Shown one piece after another: positions 33,391 to 42,332 of a stretch of DNA of 64,000 nucleotides. Source of the DNA: Burkholderiales bacterium (GTDB lineage: Bacteria > Pseudomonadota > Gammaproteobacteria > Burkholderiales > SG8-39); contig JAOAFL010000097.1 in the NCBI GenBank assembly GCA_026416295.1, forward strand, positions 14,671-78,670, written 5' to 3'. Every line of letters begins with the position of its first letter. Positions within the stretch are counted from its first letter, which is position 1. The translations under genes were made by a program, and so were the position numbers. Below the pieces are notes generated by a model that saw only the letters and a program-made list of their open reading frames with translations, had not been told where the DNA came from and did no database searches.

Positions 33391-33461
33391 GTATATCCGG
33401 GCCGACCGCGGGATTTCAAGCCGCGCCGGGGCGCTTGAAATCGCGCACGGCTCCCCCACCT
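33391..33461. promoter_or_regulatory. Back-to-back putative sigma32 (RpoH) promoters for cbpAM and the hsp20 pair
   Basis: Plus strand CTTGAAA (33434-33440), N13, CCCCACCT; minus strand CTTGAAA (33420-33414) followed by CCGGATAT. Confidence 0.7.
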
Positions 33462-33492
33462 GCGGGTCGAGGCATCCGACGACGGGGGACTC

Positions 33493-33930
33493 ATGAACGA
33501 ACTTTCGCTTTTTCCGCGCGATCTGCTCGCGGAGATGGATCGCCTGCAGCGCCGCCTGATGCAGGCGTTCGACCTGTCGCCGAGCATCCGTGGCTTTGCC
33601 CGCGGCTACCCGGCGCTGAATGCGGGCGGAACGCCCGAGTCGGCCGAGATCTACGCGTTCGCGCCGGGACTCGATCCGGCGACGATCGAGGTTCAGGTCG
33701 AGCGCGGCGTGCTCTCGATCTCGGGCGAGCGCAAGTCCGAACTGCCCGAGGCGGACGACAAATCGACCGTGCACGTCAACGAGCGGTTCGCGGGACGGTT
33801 TCACCGGGTGGTGACGCTCGCCGACGACCTCGACCCGAACGCGGTGCACGCGCGCTATCGCGACGGCGTGCTGCACGTGAGCATCAAGCGCAAGGCGGCG
33901 GCGCGTCCGCGCCGGATCGCCGTCGAGTGA
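33493..33930 (+). CDS. Hsp20/alpha-crystallin small heat-shock protein
   Basis: [29 protein letters not shown]. Confidence 0.92.
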   Translation: MNELSLFPRDLLAEMDRLQRRLMQAFDLSPSIRGFARGYPALNAGGTPESAEIYAFAPGLDPATIEVQVERGVLSISGERKSELPEADDKSTVHVNERFAGRFHRVVTLADDLDPNAVHARYRDGVLHVSIKRKAAARPRRIAVE

Positions 33931-33942
33931 CAGGAGGACGCG

Positions 33943-34329
33943 ATGAACGCCAACATCCAGGAATCCGCGACCGCGCGGCGCAGCGGTCAGCCTGAACCGG
34001 CGGCGCTCGTGCCGCCGGTCGACGTGATCGAGGACGCCTCCGGCATCACGCTCTACGCCGACGTGCCGGGCGTGCCGAAGGACCGGCTGAACCTCCGCGT
34101 GGACGGCGATACGCTGATCATCGAGGGCGAGATGGCGCTCGAGATCCCGCGCGACATGGAGGCGACGCATGTCGAGGTGAGCGTGCCCCGCTACCGGCGC
34201 GTGTTCACGCTGTCGCGCGATCTGGACACCGAGAACATGAGCGCCGAACTCCGGCACGGTGTGCTCAAGCTGCGCATTTCGAAAGCCGAGGCGGCGCGCC
34301 CGCGGCGAATCGAGGTGCGGGCGGAGTAG
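33943..34329 (+). CDS. Hsp20/alpha-crystallin small heat-shock protein
   Basis: SD AGGAGG; PPVDVIED, ADVPGV, YRRVFTLS, HGVLKLRI. Confidence 0.92.
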   Translation: MNANIQESATARRSGQPEPAALVPPVDVIEDASGITLYADVPGVPKDRLNLRVDGDTLIIEGEMALEIPRDMEATHVEVSVPRYRRVFTLSRDLDTENMSAELRHGVLKLRISKAEAARPRRIEVRAE

Positions 34330-34384
34330 GCGCACCGCGGCGAGCGATTGCGGCCGCCGTCTGCGCGCAAGGGTAGGGCGAGAC

Positions 34385-35261
34385 TTGGCCCTGCGGGCGC
34401 TCGCGCGCGTCATCGCCTCGGTGCCGGCCTCCGACGGCGCGGGGGTGCAGCTGCGGCGCAGCCTCGGCGCGACGCCGCAGGCGCGGCTCGATCCGTTTCT
34501 GCTCTTCGACGAGTTCGGCTCGGACGAGCCGCGCGACTACCTCGCCGCTTTTCCGGCGCATCCGCACCGCGGCTTCGAGACGGTGACGTACATGCTCGAA
34601 GGCCGCATGCGTCACGAGGACAGCGCCGGTCACCGTGGCGACCTCGGCCCGGGCGACGTGCAGTGGATGACGGCCGGGCGCGGGATCGTTCATTCCGAGA
34701 TGCCGCAGCAGAGCGACGGGCGCCTGCGCGGCTTTCAGCGCTGGCTGAATCTGCCGGCGGCCGAGAAGATGAAACCGGCGGCCTGGCGAGACATCCCGGC
34801 CCGCGACATCCCCCAGCTCGAACCGGCGCCCGGGGGTGCGCGTTCGGCTGATCGCCGGGCGACCGGGCGCGACGCGCGGGCCGGTCGCGGGCGGCTCGAC
34901 CGATCCGTACGATCTCGATCTGGAGCTCGCCGCCGGGGCGTCGTTCGCCGTGCCGCTGCCTGCGGGGCACAACGCGTTCGTCTACGCGTTCGAGGGCGAC
35001 GCGGCGGTGGACGAGGGGCGCGGGGTCGCCGCGCTCGCGCGGCACGCCGCCGGCGTGCTCGGCGCAGGCGATGCGGTCGCGCTGCGCGCCGGCGGCGAGG
35101 GCGCGCGCGTGCGGGTGCTCGCCGCGCGACCGATCGGCGAGCCGGTGGTTCAGTACGGCCCGTTCGTGATGAACACGCGCGAGGAGATCGAGCAGGCGAT
35201 CGCCGACTATCGCGCCGGGCGGCTCGGCGGCTCGCAGGCGCGCGACGCCGCCGCGCCCTGA
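34385..35261 (+). pseudogene. Pirin-family protein, frameshifted in a G5 run (34832-34836)
   Basis: N-terminal half (DPFLLFDEF, HPHRGFETVTY, WMTAGRGIVHSEMP) is in track ORF 34259; C-terminal half (VRVRLIAG, EPVVQYGPFVMNT) is in ORF 34836..35261; removing one G joins them. Confidence 0.8.
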
Positions 35262-35290
35262 TGCGGCCTGACCGCGGCGTCGCCGCGGCC

Positions 35291-36550
35291 TCAGGCAGCG
35301 TCGCGCGGCGCGCGGGCCGGCCGGGGCGGCTTCTTTGCGAGGAGGAAGAACACCGAACCGATCCCGGCGAGCGCGGCGAGCAGCGCAAAGCCTGCGCGGT
35401 AGTCGCCGGTCGCATCCGCGAGCAGCCCCGGGATCATCGGGCCGCCGACCTGCCCGACGAGGACCACCATGAACGACAGGCCGAGGATCATGCCGATGCT
35501 GCTCGGGCCGAAGTAGTCGGCGCGGATCGCCTGCATGAACGGCCCGCGCAGCCCCCAGGCGACGCCGTGCAGCAGCGCGAACGCCGCCACCATCGCGGCA
35601 TTCTGCGCGAACGCAAGCAGCGCAAGGCCGCTCGCGTGCGCGAGCATGCAGCCGGCGCACAGCAGCCGCTTGTCGAAGCGGTCGCCGATCGCCCAGCCGA
35701 GCGCGATGCCGCCCACCTGCGCGACCGTCACGAGCGTGACGACCGAGGCGGCCGCCGCGAGCGGATAGCCGAGGCTGTCGCGCAGGTGCACGATCGCGTG
35801 CACGAGCACCGCGTGCACCGCAAAGAGCGCGAACGCGTGGCCGAGCGAGAGCAGCCAGAACGCGCGCGTCGCGATCGCCTCGCGCCAGGTGAAATCGCGC
35901 GTCGCCTCGCGCGCGCCGGCGCGCGCGGCGGCGGGGTCGGCGCCCGGCGCGGTCCGCTCGCCGTCGGCCACCGCGCCGACGTCGGCCGGCCGGTCGCGGA
36001 ACACGCGCGCGAGCGGCACGGCGAGCACGAGATAGAGCAGGCCGGAGGCGAGCGCCGTGCGCCGCCAGCCGAACGCGTCGATCGCTGCCGCGACCAGCGG
36101 AACGAGCATGCCGCCCACGGCCAGCCCGAACGAGAGCGCCGATATCGCCCGCGCGCGCTTGCGCTCGAACCAGTGAATGATCGCGACGTTGAGCGGGAAG
36201 AACCCGGCGAGGCTCGCCCCGAGCGCGATCACCGCGAACGCACCGTAGAAGCCGGCGAGGGACTGCGCCCGGCTCATCGCGACGAGCCCCAGCCCGAGCA
36301 GCAGCACGCCGGCGCGGATGAAGCGGCGCGGCCCGTAGCGGTCCATCGCCCAGCCGATCAGCGGGCCGAGCAGCGCCGTCTCCATCTGCTGCAGCGCCGC
36401 CGCCCCCGACAGACTCGTCTTGCTCCAGCCCATGTCGGCCGCGAGCACCGCGACGTAGGCGCCGAAGGCGTGGCCGATCAGCGCCGCCTGCAGCGCCTGG
36501 AGCGTTGCCCCCGTTCCGACGATCTTCCAGCCGTAGAAGATGCGCCGCAC
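35291..36550 (-). CDS. MFS transporter
   Basis: IFYGWKIV, GWAMDRYGPRR, GWAIGDRFDKR, about 12 hydrophobic segments. Confidence 0.9.
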   Translation of the reverse strand: MRRIFYGWKIVGTGATLQALQAALIGHAFGAYVAVLAADMGWSKTSLSGAAALQQMETALLGPLIGWAMDRYGPRRFIRAGVLLLGLGLVAMSRAQSLAGFYGAFAVIALGASLAGFFPLNVAIIHWFERKRARAISALSFGLAVGGMLVPLVAAAIDAFGWRRTALASGLLYLVLAVPLARVFRDRPADVGAVADGERTAPGADPAAARAGAREATRDFTWREAIATRAFWLLSLGHAFALFAVHAVLVHAIVHLRDSLGYPLAAAASVVTLVTVAQVGGIALGWAIGDRFDKRLLCAGCMLAHASGLALLAFAQNAAMVAAFALLHGVAWGLRGPFMQAIRADYFGPSSIGMILGLSFMVVLVGQVGGPMIPGLLADATGDYRAGFALLAALAGIGSVFFLLAKKPPRPARAPRDAA

Positions 36551-36567
36551 CGCGCCGAGTATGCCGG

Positions 36568-36852
36568 CTACTTCTTCAGCAGGCTTTCGATGTCGAGATC
36601 ATCGGCGCTGAAGCTCCGGCGCTTGCGTTCGGCGGCGAGCGCCTCGGCGTTCGCTTCCTCCCAGGCCTGCATGAACGCGGCCGCAAGCCGCAGGCTCAGC
36701 TTGCCGAGTTCTTTCGCGTCCGCCTCGCCCGCCTTGCCGCCGCCGTAGGTCGCCGCCGCGAGCCGCGCGAAGATGTCCTTCGCGAGCGCTGTGACCGGAT
36801 CGTCGGCCTTCGCCGGCGCGCCCGGCGACTTGGAACCGTCGTGTTCGCTCAT
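36568..36852 (-). CDS. Hypothetical protein (94 aa)
   Basis: Coding-like helical ORF co-oriented with the MFS gene; no recognisable motif. Confidence 0.6.
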   Translation of the reverse strand: MSEHDGSKSPGAPAKADDPVTALAKDIFARLAAATYGGGKAGEADAKELGKLSLRLAAAFMQAWEEANAEALAAERKRRSFSADDLDIESLLKK

Positions 36853-37016
36853 GCGTCGTGTCGCGAGTCGGGGCGCAATGCTAACCGAAGCGGCGAGACG
36901 CGTCGCGCCCTACAATCGCGCGCGATGCCGCAGCGAACGAGACGATGCCGAAACGCCCGCGTCGGTGCCTCGGGGCGAATGCGCCCGCGGCGCGGGCCGC
37001 GGCCGGGGGCCGGGCG

Positions 37017-37469
37017 ATGATCGCGCTGCTTCAGCGCGTCGCCGAGGCGAGCGTCTCGGTCGCGGGCGAGACGGTCGCCGCGATCGGCCCGGGGCTCGTC
37101 GTCTTCGTCGCGGTCGAGCGCGGCGACGCCGAGGCGCAGGCCGCACGGCTCGCCGAGCGCGTGCTCGGCTACCGCGTATTCTCCGACGACGCCGGACGGA
37201 TGAACCGCTCGCTCGCCGACACCGGCGGCGCGCTCCTTGCGGTTCCGCAGTTCACCCTCGCCGCTGACACCGCGAGCGGCACGCGCCCGAGCCTTTCGCG
37301 CGCGGCCGATCCGGCGCTCGGCGCGCGGCTCTTCGAGCACTTCGTCGCCTGCGCGCGCGCGGCCGGGGCGAGCGTCGCCACCGGGCGCTTCGGCGCGCAC
37401 ATGCGGGTGCGGCTCGTCAACGACGGGCCGGTGACGTTCTGGCTCTCGGTGCCGCCGCGCGGCGAATGA
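37017..37469 (+). CDS. dtd: D-aminoacyl-tRNA deacylase
   Basis: MIALLQRVAEASV, VPQFTL, TGRFGAHMRVRLVNDGPVTF. Confidence 0.94.
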   Translation: MIALLQRVAEASVSVAGETVAAIGPGLVVFVAVERGDAEAQAARLAERVLGYRVFSDDAGRMNRSLADTGGALLAVPQFTLAADTASGTRPSLSRAADPALGARLFEHFVACARAAGASVATGRFGAHMRVRLVNDGPVTFWLSVPPRGE

Positions 37470-37481
37470 AGCGCGGCGCGG

Positions 37482-37754
37482 CTACGCCGCCGGTTTCTCG
37501 ATGCGCACGACGCTTTCCAGCTCGCCCACCTGGTCGAGCACCTTGCGCGCATAGCGGTAGAGCTGGACCCCTTTCGCCGTCGGGGTCACGTTGCGGTGCA
37601 CGCGGTGAAAGAGCGGTGCGCCGACGAAGTTCTCCAGCCGGCGGACCCGCGTCGAGACGCTCGACTGCACGGTGTTCAGCGCGCGCGCCGCGCGCGCGAA
37701 CCCGCGCAGCTCGTACACGGCGACAAAGCAGCGCAGGTCCTTCAGATCGAGCAT
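37482..37754 (-). CDS. LysR-type HTH-only protein (90 aa)
   Basis: LKDLRCFVAVYE, FARAARALNTVQSSVSTRVRRLE, LFHR, PTAKG; stops before any substrate-binding domain. Confidence 0.8.
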   Translation of the reverse strand: MLDLKDLRCFVAVYELRGFARAARALNTVQSSVSTRVRRLENFVGAPLFHRVHRNVTPTAKGVQLYRYARKVLDQVGELESVVRIEKPAA

Positions 37755-38080
37755 CGGGCCTCGTTCCCCCTCGCGCTCCCGCCCCAACGCCTGCCGATTT
37801 GACTTTACCGCCGACACGCCGTCAATCCGCGACCGCCGCTCGCGCGCAGCGAGCCGCGCGCGTCCCGCGCCTCGGGGCGGTCGGCGCGAACGGTGCACCG
37901 GAGCCTCCCGTTCGGCGAGGAACAGCGTCCGGTCCATGACGCAATTTGACGGTCGCGGGACCTTTCCGCGTGCCGCGATGCGCCGATTTGCGCGTGCGGG
38001 GCGGCGGGGCGCATACTTCGCAGCCCCCGGGCGTTCCGGGCGCAGCGCGCCACCGGGGCACCGGCACAGGAGACAGAACG

Positions 38081-39040
38081 ATGAAGCGATTCGCGGTCGC
38101 CGTCCTCCTTTCGCTTGCGGCGCAGGGCGCGCTCGCGCAGCCGTTTCCCTCGCGCCAGATCACGATGATCGTCGGGTTCGCGGCCGGCGGCGGCGCCGAC
38201 ACCGCGGCGCGCATCATCGCCAGGCGGCTCGCCGAGACGATCGGTCAGCCGGTCGTGATCGACAACCGCGCCGGCGCCGGCGGCAACATCGCCGCCGATC
38301 TGGTCGCCAAAGCGACCCCCGACGGCCACACGATCGGCCTCGCTTCGCCCGGACCGCTCACGGTCGCCCCCCACATGGTGGCGAAGCTGCCGTACGACCC
38401 CCTGCGGGATTTCGCGCCGCTCACGATGGCGGTGACCTTCCCGAACGTGCTCGTCGTGAACGCGTCGGTGCCGGCGACCACCCTCGCCGAATTCGTGCGC
38501 CTTTCGAACGCGCGCCCGGGCACCGTGACCTGCGGCAGCTCCGGCATCGGCGGGATCGGCCATCTGTCGTGCGAGCTGCTCAAGATGGTCGCGAAGGCCG
38601 ATCTGGTGCACGTGCCTTACAAGGGCGGCGCGCCCGCGATGACCGATCTCCTGAGCGGCCAGATCTCGTCGATCTTCGCGACGCCGATCACCGCCGGCCC
38701 GCACATCAAGGCGGGCAAGATCCGGGCGCTCGCCACCACCGGCGCGACGCGCGCGAGCGCCCTTCCGGAGGTGCCGACGGTCGCCGAGTCCGGCTATCCG
38801 GGGTTCGAAGCGATCAACTGGTACTGCTTCATCGCACCGGCGAAGACGCCGAAGGAGACGCTCGAGCGGCTGCGCCGCGACCTCGTCGCAGTGCTCTCCG
38901 AGCGCGACATACGCGAGCAGCTCGCCGCGCACGGCATGGATCCCGCGCCGGGTACCCCCGAGGAACTGAGGCGTTACATCGAGCGCGAGTACGCGACCTG
39001 GGGCCGGGTGGTGAAGGCGGCCGGGATCACCGCGAACTGA
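38081..39040 (+). CDS. Bug/TctC tripartite tricarboxylate transporter substrate-binding protein
   Basis: SD CAGGAG; signal peptide; FAAGGGADTAAR, NRAGAGG, PDGHT, HVPYKGG. Confidence 0.93.
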   Translation: MKRFAVAVLLSLAAQGALAQPFPSRQITMIVGFAAGGGADTAARIIARRLAETIGQPVVIDNRAGAGGNIAADLVAKATPDGHTIGLASPGPLTVAPHMVAKLPYDPLRDFAPLTMAVTFPNVLVVNASVPATTLAEFVRLSNARPGTVTCGSSGIGGIGHLSCELLKMVAKADLVHVPYKGGAPAMTDLLSGQISSIFATPITAGPHIKAGKIRALATTGATRASALPEVPTVAESGYPGFEAINWYCFIAPAKTPKETLERLRRDLVAVLSERDIREQLAAHGMDPAPGTPEELRRYIEREYATWGRVVKAAGITAN

Positions 39041-39098
39041 AGCGGCGAAGTAGCGCACGCGCGCGCCCGGCCGCCGCCGCGGCGCGCGGACGGCGCAT

Positions 39099-41390
39099 TC
39101 AGCCGCGCTCGTGCTTTCGCTCGAGCGCGCGCCAGACGGTTTCGGGCGTGAGCGGCATCTGCACGTCCTCGACGCCGAGGGCATCGACGATCGCGTTCAT
39201 CACCGCGGCGAGCGCGCCGACCGTGCCCGCCTCGCCCGCGCCCTTTGCGCCGAGCGGGTTGAGCCGCGTCGGCACCGGGTTGTGCCCGAGGCGAAAGCCG
39301 CAGACGTCGGCGGCGCGCGGCATCGCGTAGTCCATGAACGAGGCGGTGAGGAGCTGTCCCGACTCCGGGTCGTAGACGATCTGTTCCATCACGATCTGCC
39401 CGAAGCCCTGAACGATGCCGCCCATCACCTGGCCGGCGAGCGTGAGCGGATTGATCTCGGTGCCGACGTCGTCCACCACCGCGTAGGCGACCGGGGTGAC
39501 CGCGCCGGTCTCCGGGTCGATCTCGACCTCGCAGACGTGCGTGCCGTTCGGAAACGTCTCGGCCGCAGGCGAGAACGCCGCGCGCTCGAAGAGCCCCGGT
39601 TCGACCCCGGGCGGCAGCCGCGCAGGCACGTAGGCGAGGCGCGCGACCTCCGCGAGCGCGATGCCGCGGTCGGTGCCGGCGATGCGGAAGCGCCCGTCGT
39701 CGAAGACGACATCGGCTTCGCTCGCCTCGAGCAGGTGCGCGGCGATGCGCTTCGCCTTGGCGATCACCTTGTCGGCGGCGAGCCAGAGGGCGGTGCCGCC
39801 GATCACCGCCGAGCGCGAGCCGAAGGTGCCGTAGCCGAAGGCGATCGCGTCCGTGTCGCCGTCGGCGACGCGCACCTCGGCCGGATCGAGCCCGAGCCGC
39901 GCGGCGACGATCTGGCGATACATCGTCTCGTGGCCCTGGCCCTGGCTTTTCGTTCCGACGAGCACGCTCGCGCGACCGTCGGGGTCGAAGCGAATCTCGG
40001 CGGTCTCGACGCTCGGGGCGCCGGCGCGCTCGATCGCGTTCGCGAGCCCGATGCCGCGCAGCTTGCCGCGCGCCTGCGCCTGCGCGCGCCGCGCCGCAAA
40101 GCCGTTCCAGTCGGCGAGCGCGAGCGCCTTGTCCATGCCGCGCTCGAACTCGCCGCAGTCGTACGTGAACGTGAGCGCGGTCTTGTACGGCATCGCGGTC
40201 GGCGGAATCAGGTTGCGCCGGCGCAGCTCGACGCGGTCGGCGCCCAGCTCGCGCGCCGCGTCGTCGATCAGCCGCTCGAGGGCGTAGATCGCCTCGGGGC
40301 GACCGCTGCCGCGGTACGGCGCGATCGGATTGCGGTGCGAGAACCGCGTCGTCACGCGCACGTACGCGGCCGGAATCGCGTAGACGCCGACGAGGGAGCC
40401 CAGGTTGGCGAAGCCGGGCATCAGGTTGCGGTCGGAGGAGACGTAGGCGCCCACGTCGTCGGTCTTTTCCGCCCGCAGCGCGAGAAAGCGGTGCTCGCGG
40501 TCGAGCGCGAGCGCGATGTCGAACGCGCAGTCGCGGCCGTGCTCGTCGGCGAGCGGCGCTTCGCTGCGCTCGCAGAGCCACTTCACCGGGCGGCGCAGCC
40601 GGCGCGCGAGCCACAGCACCAGGCGGTGCTCGAGGCTCGTCCAGCCCTTCGCGCCGAACGCGCCGCCGACGTCGCGGCACACGACCCGGATGCGGTGCTC
40701 GGGCACCGCGAGCACGGTCGCGAGCACCTCGCGGATGCGGTGCGGGTACTGCGCGTCGCAGTAAAGCGTGTAGCGCCCTTCGCCCTCGTCCCAGACGCCG
40801 AGCGCGCCGCGCGGCTCCATGAACTGCGCGTGCACGCGCGAGACGGTGTAGCGGCGCTGAACGACGTGCGCGGCACGCGCGAACGCCTGCTCGGTCGCGG
40901 CGCGGTCGCCCAGCTCGAACGCGCAGCAGACGTCGTCGGGGCATTCGTCCCACACGGGCGCCGAGGCGGGCAGCGGCTCGTAGTCGACCGCGACGAGCTC
41001 GGCGGCGTCCTTTGCGAGCGCCGCGGTTTCGGCGACCACCGCGGCGACCGGATCGCCGACGTGCTGCACTTTGCCGCGCGCAAGCCCCGGGTGCGGCCGC
41101 CAGAACATCGGCGTGCCGTCCGGGCGGCTGCGCTTGAGCGTCGGCGCGGTGGTGCGCAGGCCGTCGCGCGCGAGGTCCTCGGCCGTGAATACGCCGAGTA
41201 CGCCGGGTGTGGCGAGCGCCGCGGCGGCGTCCACCGCGACGATGCGCGCGTGCGCATGCGGCGAGCGAACGAGCACCATGTGCGCTTCGCGCGCCAGCTC
41301 CAGGTCGGCGACGAAATGCCCCTCGCCCCGCAGCAGGCGCGCATCCTCGAAGCGGGGGACCGGCTGGCCGATTCCGAATTTCTCGTTCAT
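39099..41390 (-). CDS. Xanthine dehydrogenase-family molybdopterin-binding large subunit (form II CoxL-like)
   Basis: RSPHAHA, VGGAFGAKG, PYRGSGRPEA, QGQGHET, GAKGAGEAG. Confidence 0.92.
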   Translation of the reverse strand: MNEKFGIGQPVPRFEDARLLRGEGHFVADLELAREAHMVLVRSPHAHARIVAVDAAAALATPGVLGVFTAEDLARDGLRTTAPTLKRSRPDGTPMFWRPHPGLARGKVQHVGDPVAAVVAETAALAKDAAELVAVDYEPLPASAPVWDECPDDVCCAFELGDRAATEQAFARAAHVVQRRYTVSRVHAQFMEPRGALGVWDEGEGRYTLYCDAQYPHRIREVLATVLAVPEHRIRVVCRDVGGAFGAKGWTSLEHRLVLWLARRLRRPVKWLCERSEAPLADEHGRDCAFDIALALDREHRFLALRAEKTDDVGAYVSSDRNLMPGFANLGSLVGVYAIPAAYVRVTTRFSHRNPIAPYRGSGRPEAIYALERLIDDAARELGADRVELRRRNLIPPTAMPYKTALTFTYDCGEFERGMDKALALADWNGFAARRAQAQARGKLRGIGLANAIERAGAPSVETAEIRFDPDGRASVLVGTKSQGQGHETMYRQIVAARLGLDPAEVRVADGDTDAIAFGYGTFGSRSAVIGGTALWLAADKVIAKAKRIAAHLLEASEADVVFDDGRFRIAGTDRGIALAEVARLAYVPARLPPGVEPGLFERAAFSPAAETFPNGTHVCEVEIDPETGAVTPVAYAVVDDVGTEINPLTLAGQVMGGIVQGFGQIVMEQIVYDPESGQLLTASFMDYAMPRAADVCGFRLGHNPVPTRLNPLGAKGAGEAGTVGALAAVMNAIVDALGVEDVQMPLTPETVWRALERKHERG

Positions 41391-41519
41391 GGCGCGCCGG
41401 ATTCTAAAAGCGCCGCTGCGCGCGGCCTACCGGCCTTTCGACGCCCCGAGCGGCGGCGGACCGCAGCGCAACCGGCGCAGCCTCGTCGAGCCGCTCGGTG
41501 CACGAGCGCGCGCGCTCGC

Positions 41520-42269
41520 TCAGCCCTGCACCGAGTAGCCGCCGTCCACCGGGATCGCGGCGCCGGTGACGAAGTCCGAGGCGCGGCTTGCGAGAAACAC
41601 CGCGATGCCGGCGAGGTCCGAAGGCTCGCCCCAGCGGCCGGCGGGCGTTCGCGCGAGCACCCGCTCGTAGAGGCCCGCCACCTGCTCGCGCGCGCGGCGC
41701 GTGAGGTCGGTGTCGATCCAGCCCGGCAGCACCGCGTTCACCTGGATGTTGTCTTTCGCCCAGGCGCAGGCGAGTGCGCGCGTGAGCTGCACGATCCCGC
41801 CCTTGGAGGCGGCGTAGGGCGCGGCGAAGGAGGCGCCGAAGAGCGACATCATCGAGCCGACGTTGACGATCTTTCCGCCGCCTGCGCGCTTCATCCGCGG
41901 GTAGGCCGCCTGCGAGAGGAGAAAAGCGCTCGTGAGGTTGGTTTCCAGCACCTCGCGCCATTCCGATGCGGCGTACTCTTGCGGTTGTTTACGGATGTTG
42001 ATGCCGGCGTTGTTGACGAGGATATCGAGCCGCCCGAGCGCGGCCACCGTCCGTTCCACGACCTCGCGACAGGCGGCTTCCTCGCGCAGGTCGGCTTCGA
42101 ACGCGACGCCGCCCAGCTCGCGCGCCGCGGCGGCGTTTTTCCGCGCGTCGCGGCCGACGATCGCAACGCGCGCGCCGGCGGCGGCAAGCCCCCGCGCCAT
42201 GCCCAGGCCGATCCCGCCGTTTCCGCCGGTGACGAGCGCTGCCTTGCCTTCGAGATCGAACAGGTTCAT
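41520..42269 (-). CDS. SDR oxidoreductase (KduD-like)
   Basis: TGGNGGIG, NNAG, YAASK, PGWIDT, VDGG. Confidence 0.92.
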   Translation of the reverse strand: MNLFDLEGKAALVTGGNGGIGLGMARGLAAAGARVAIVGRDARKNAAAARELGGVAFEADLREEAACREVVERTVAALGRLDILVNNAGINIRKQPQEYAASEWREVLETNLTSAFLLSQAAYPRMKRAGGGKIVNVGSMMSLFGASFAAPYAASKGGIVQLTRALACAWAKDNIQVNAVLPGWIDTDLTRRAREQVAGLYERVLARTPAGRWGEPSDLAGIAVFLASRASDFVTGAAIPVDGGYSVQG

Positions 42270-42332
42270 CGCGAGTCCCTCGTCGGTGGGCCGCAGATTT
42301 TAAGCGCGGCGCGCGCGGCTATCATCGCGGCG

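Noticed and set aside
33462-33495. ROSE-type RNA thermometer before hsp20
   Set aside because: The leader is short and lacks the U(U/C)GCU anti-SD motif.
39099-41390. Aerobic CO dehydrogenase
   Set aside because: Lacks the form I AYxCSFR motif and the coxM/coxS and accessory genes.
39111-42332. Apparent 1074-aa N-terminal extension of the dehalogenase
   Set aside because: Antisense shadow of the Mo-hydroxylase and SDR genes; homology and a -10 box place the start at GTG 42333.
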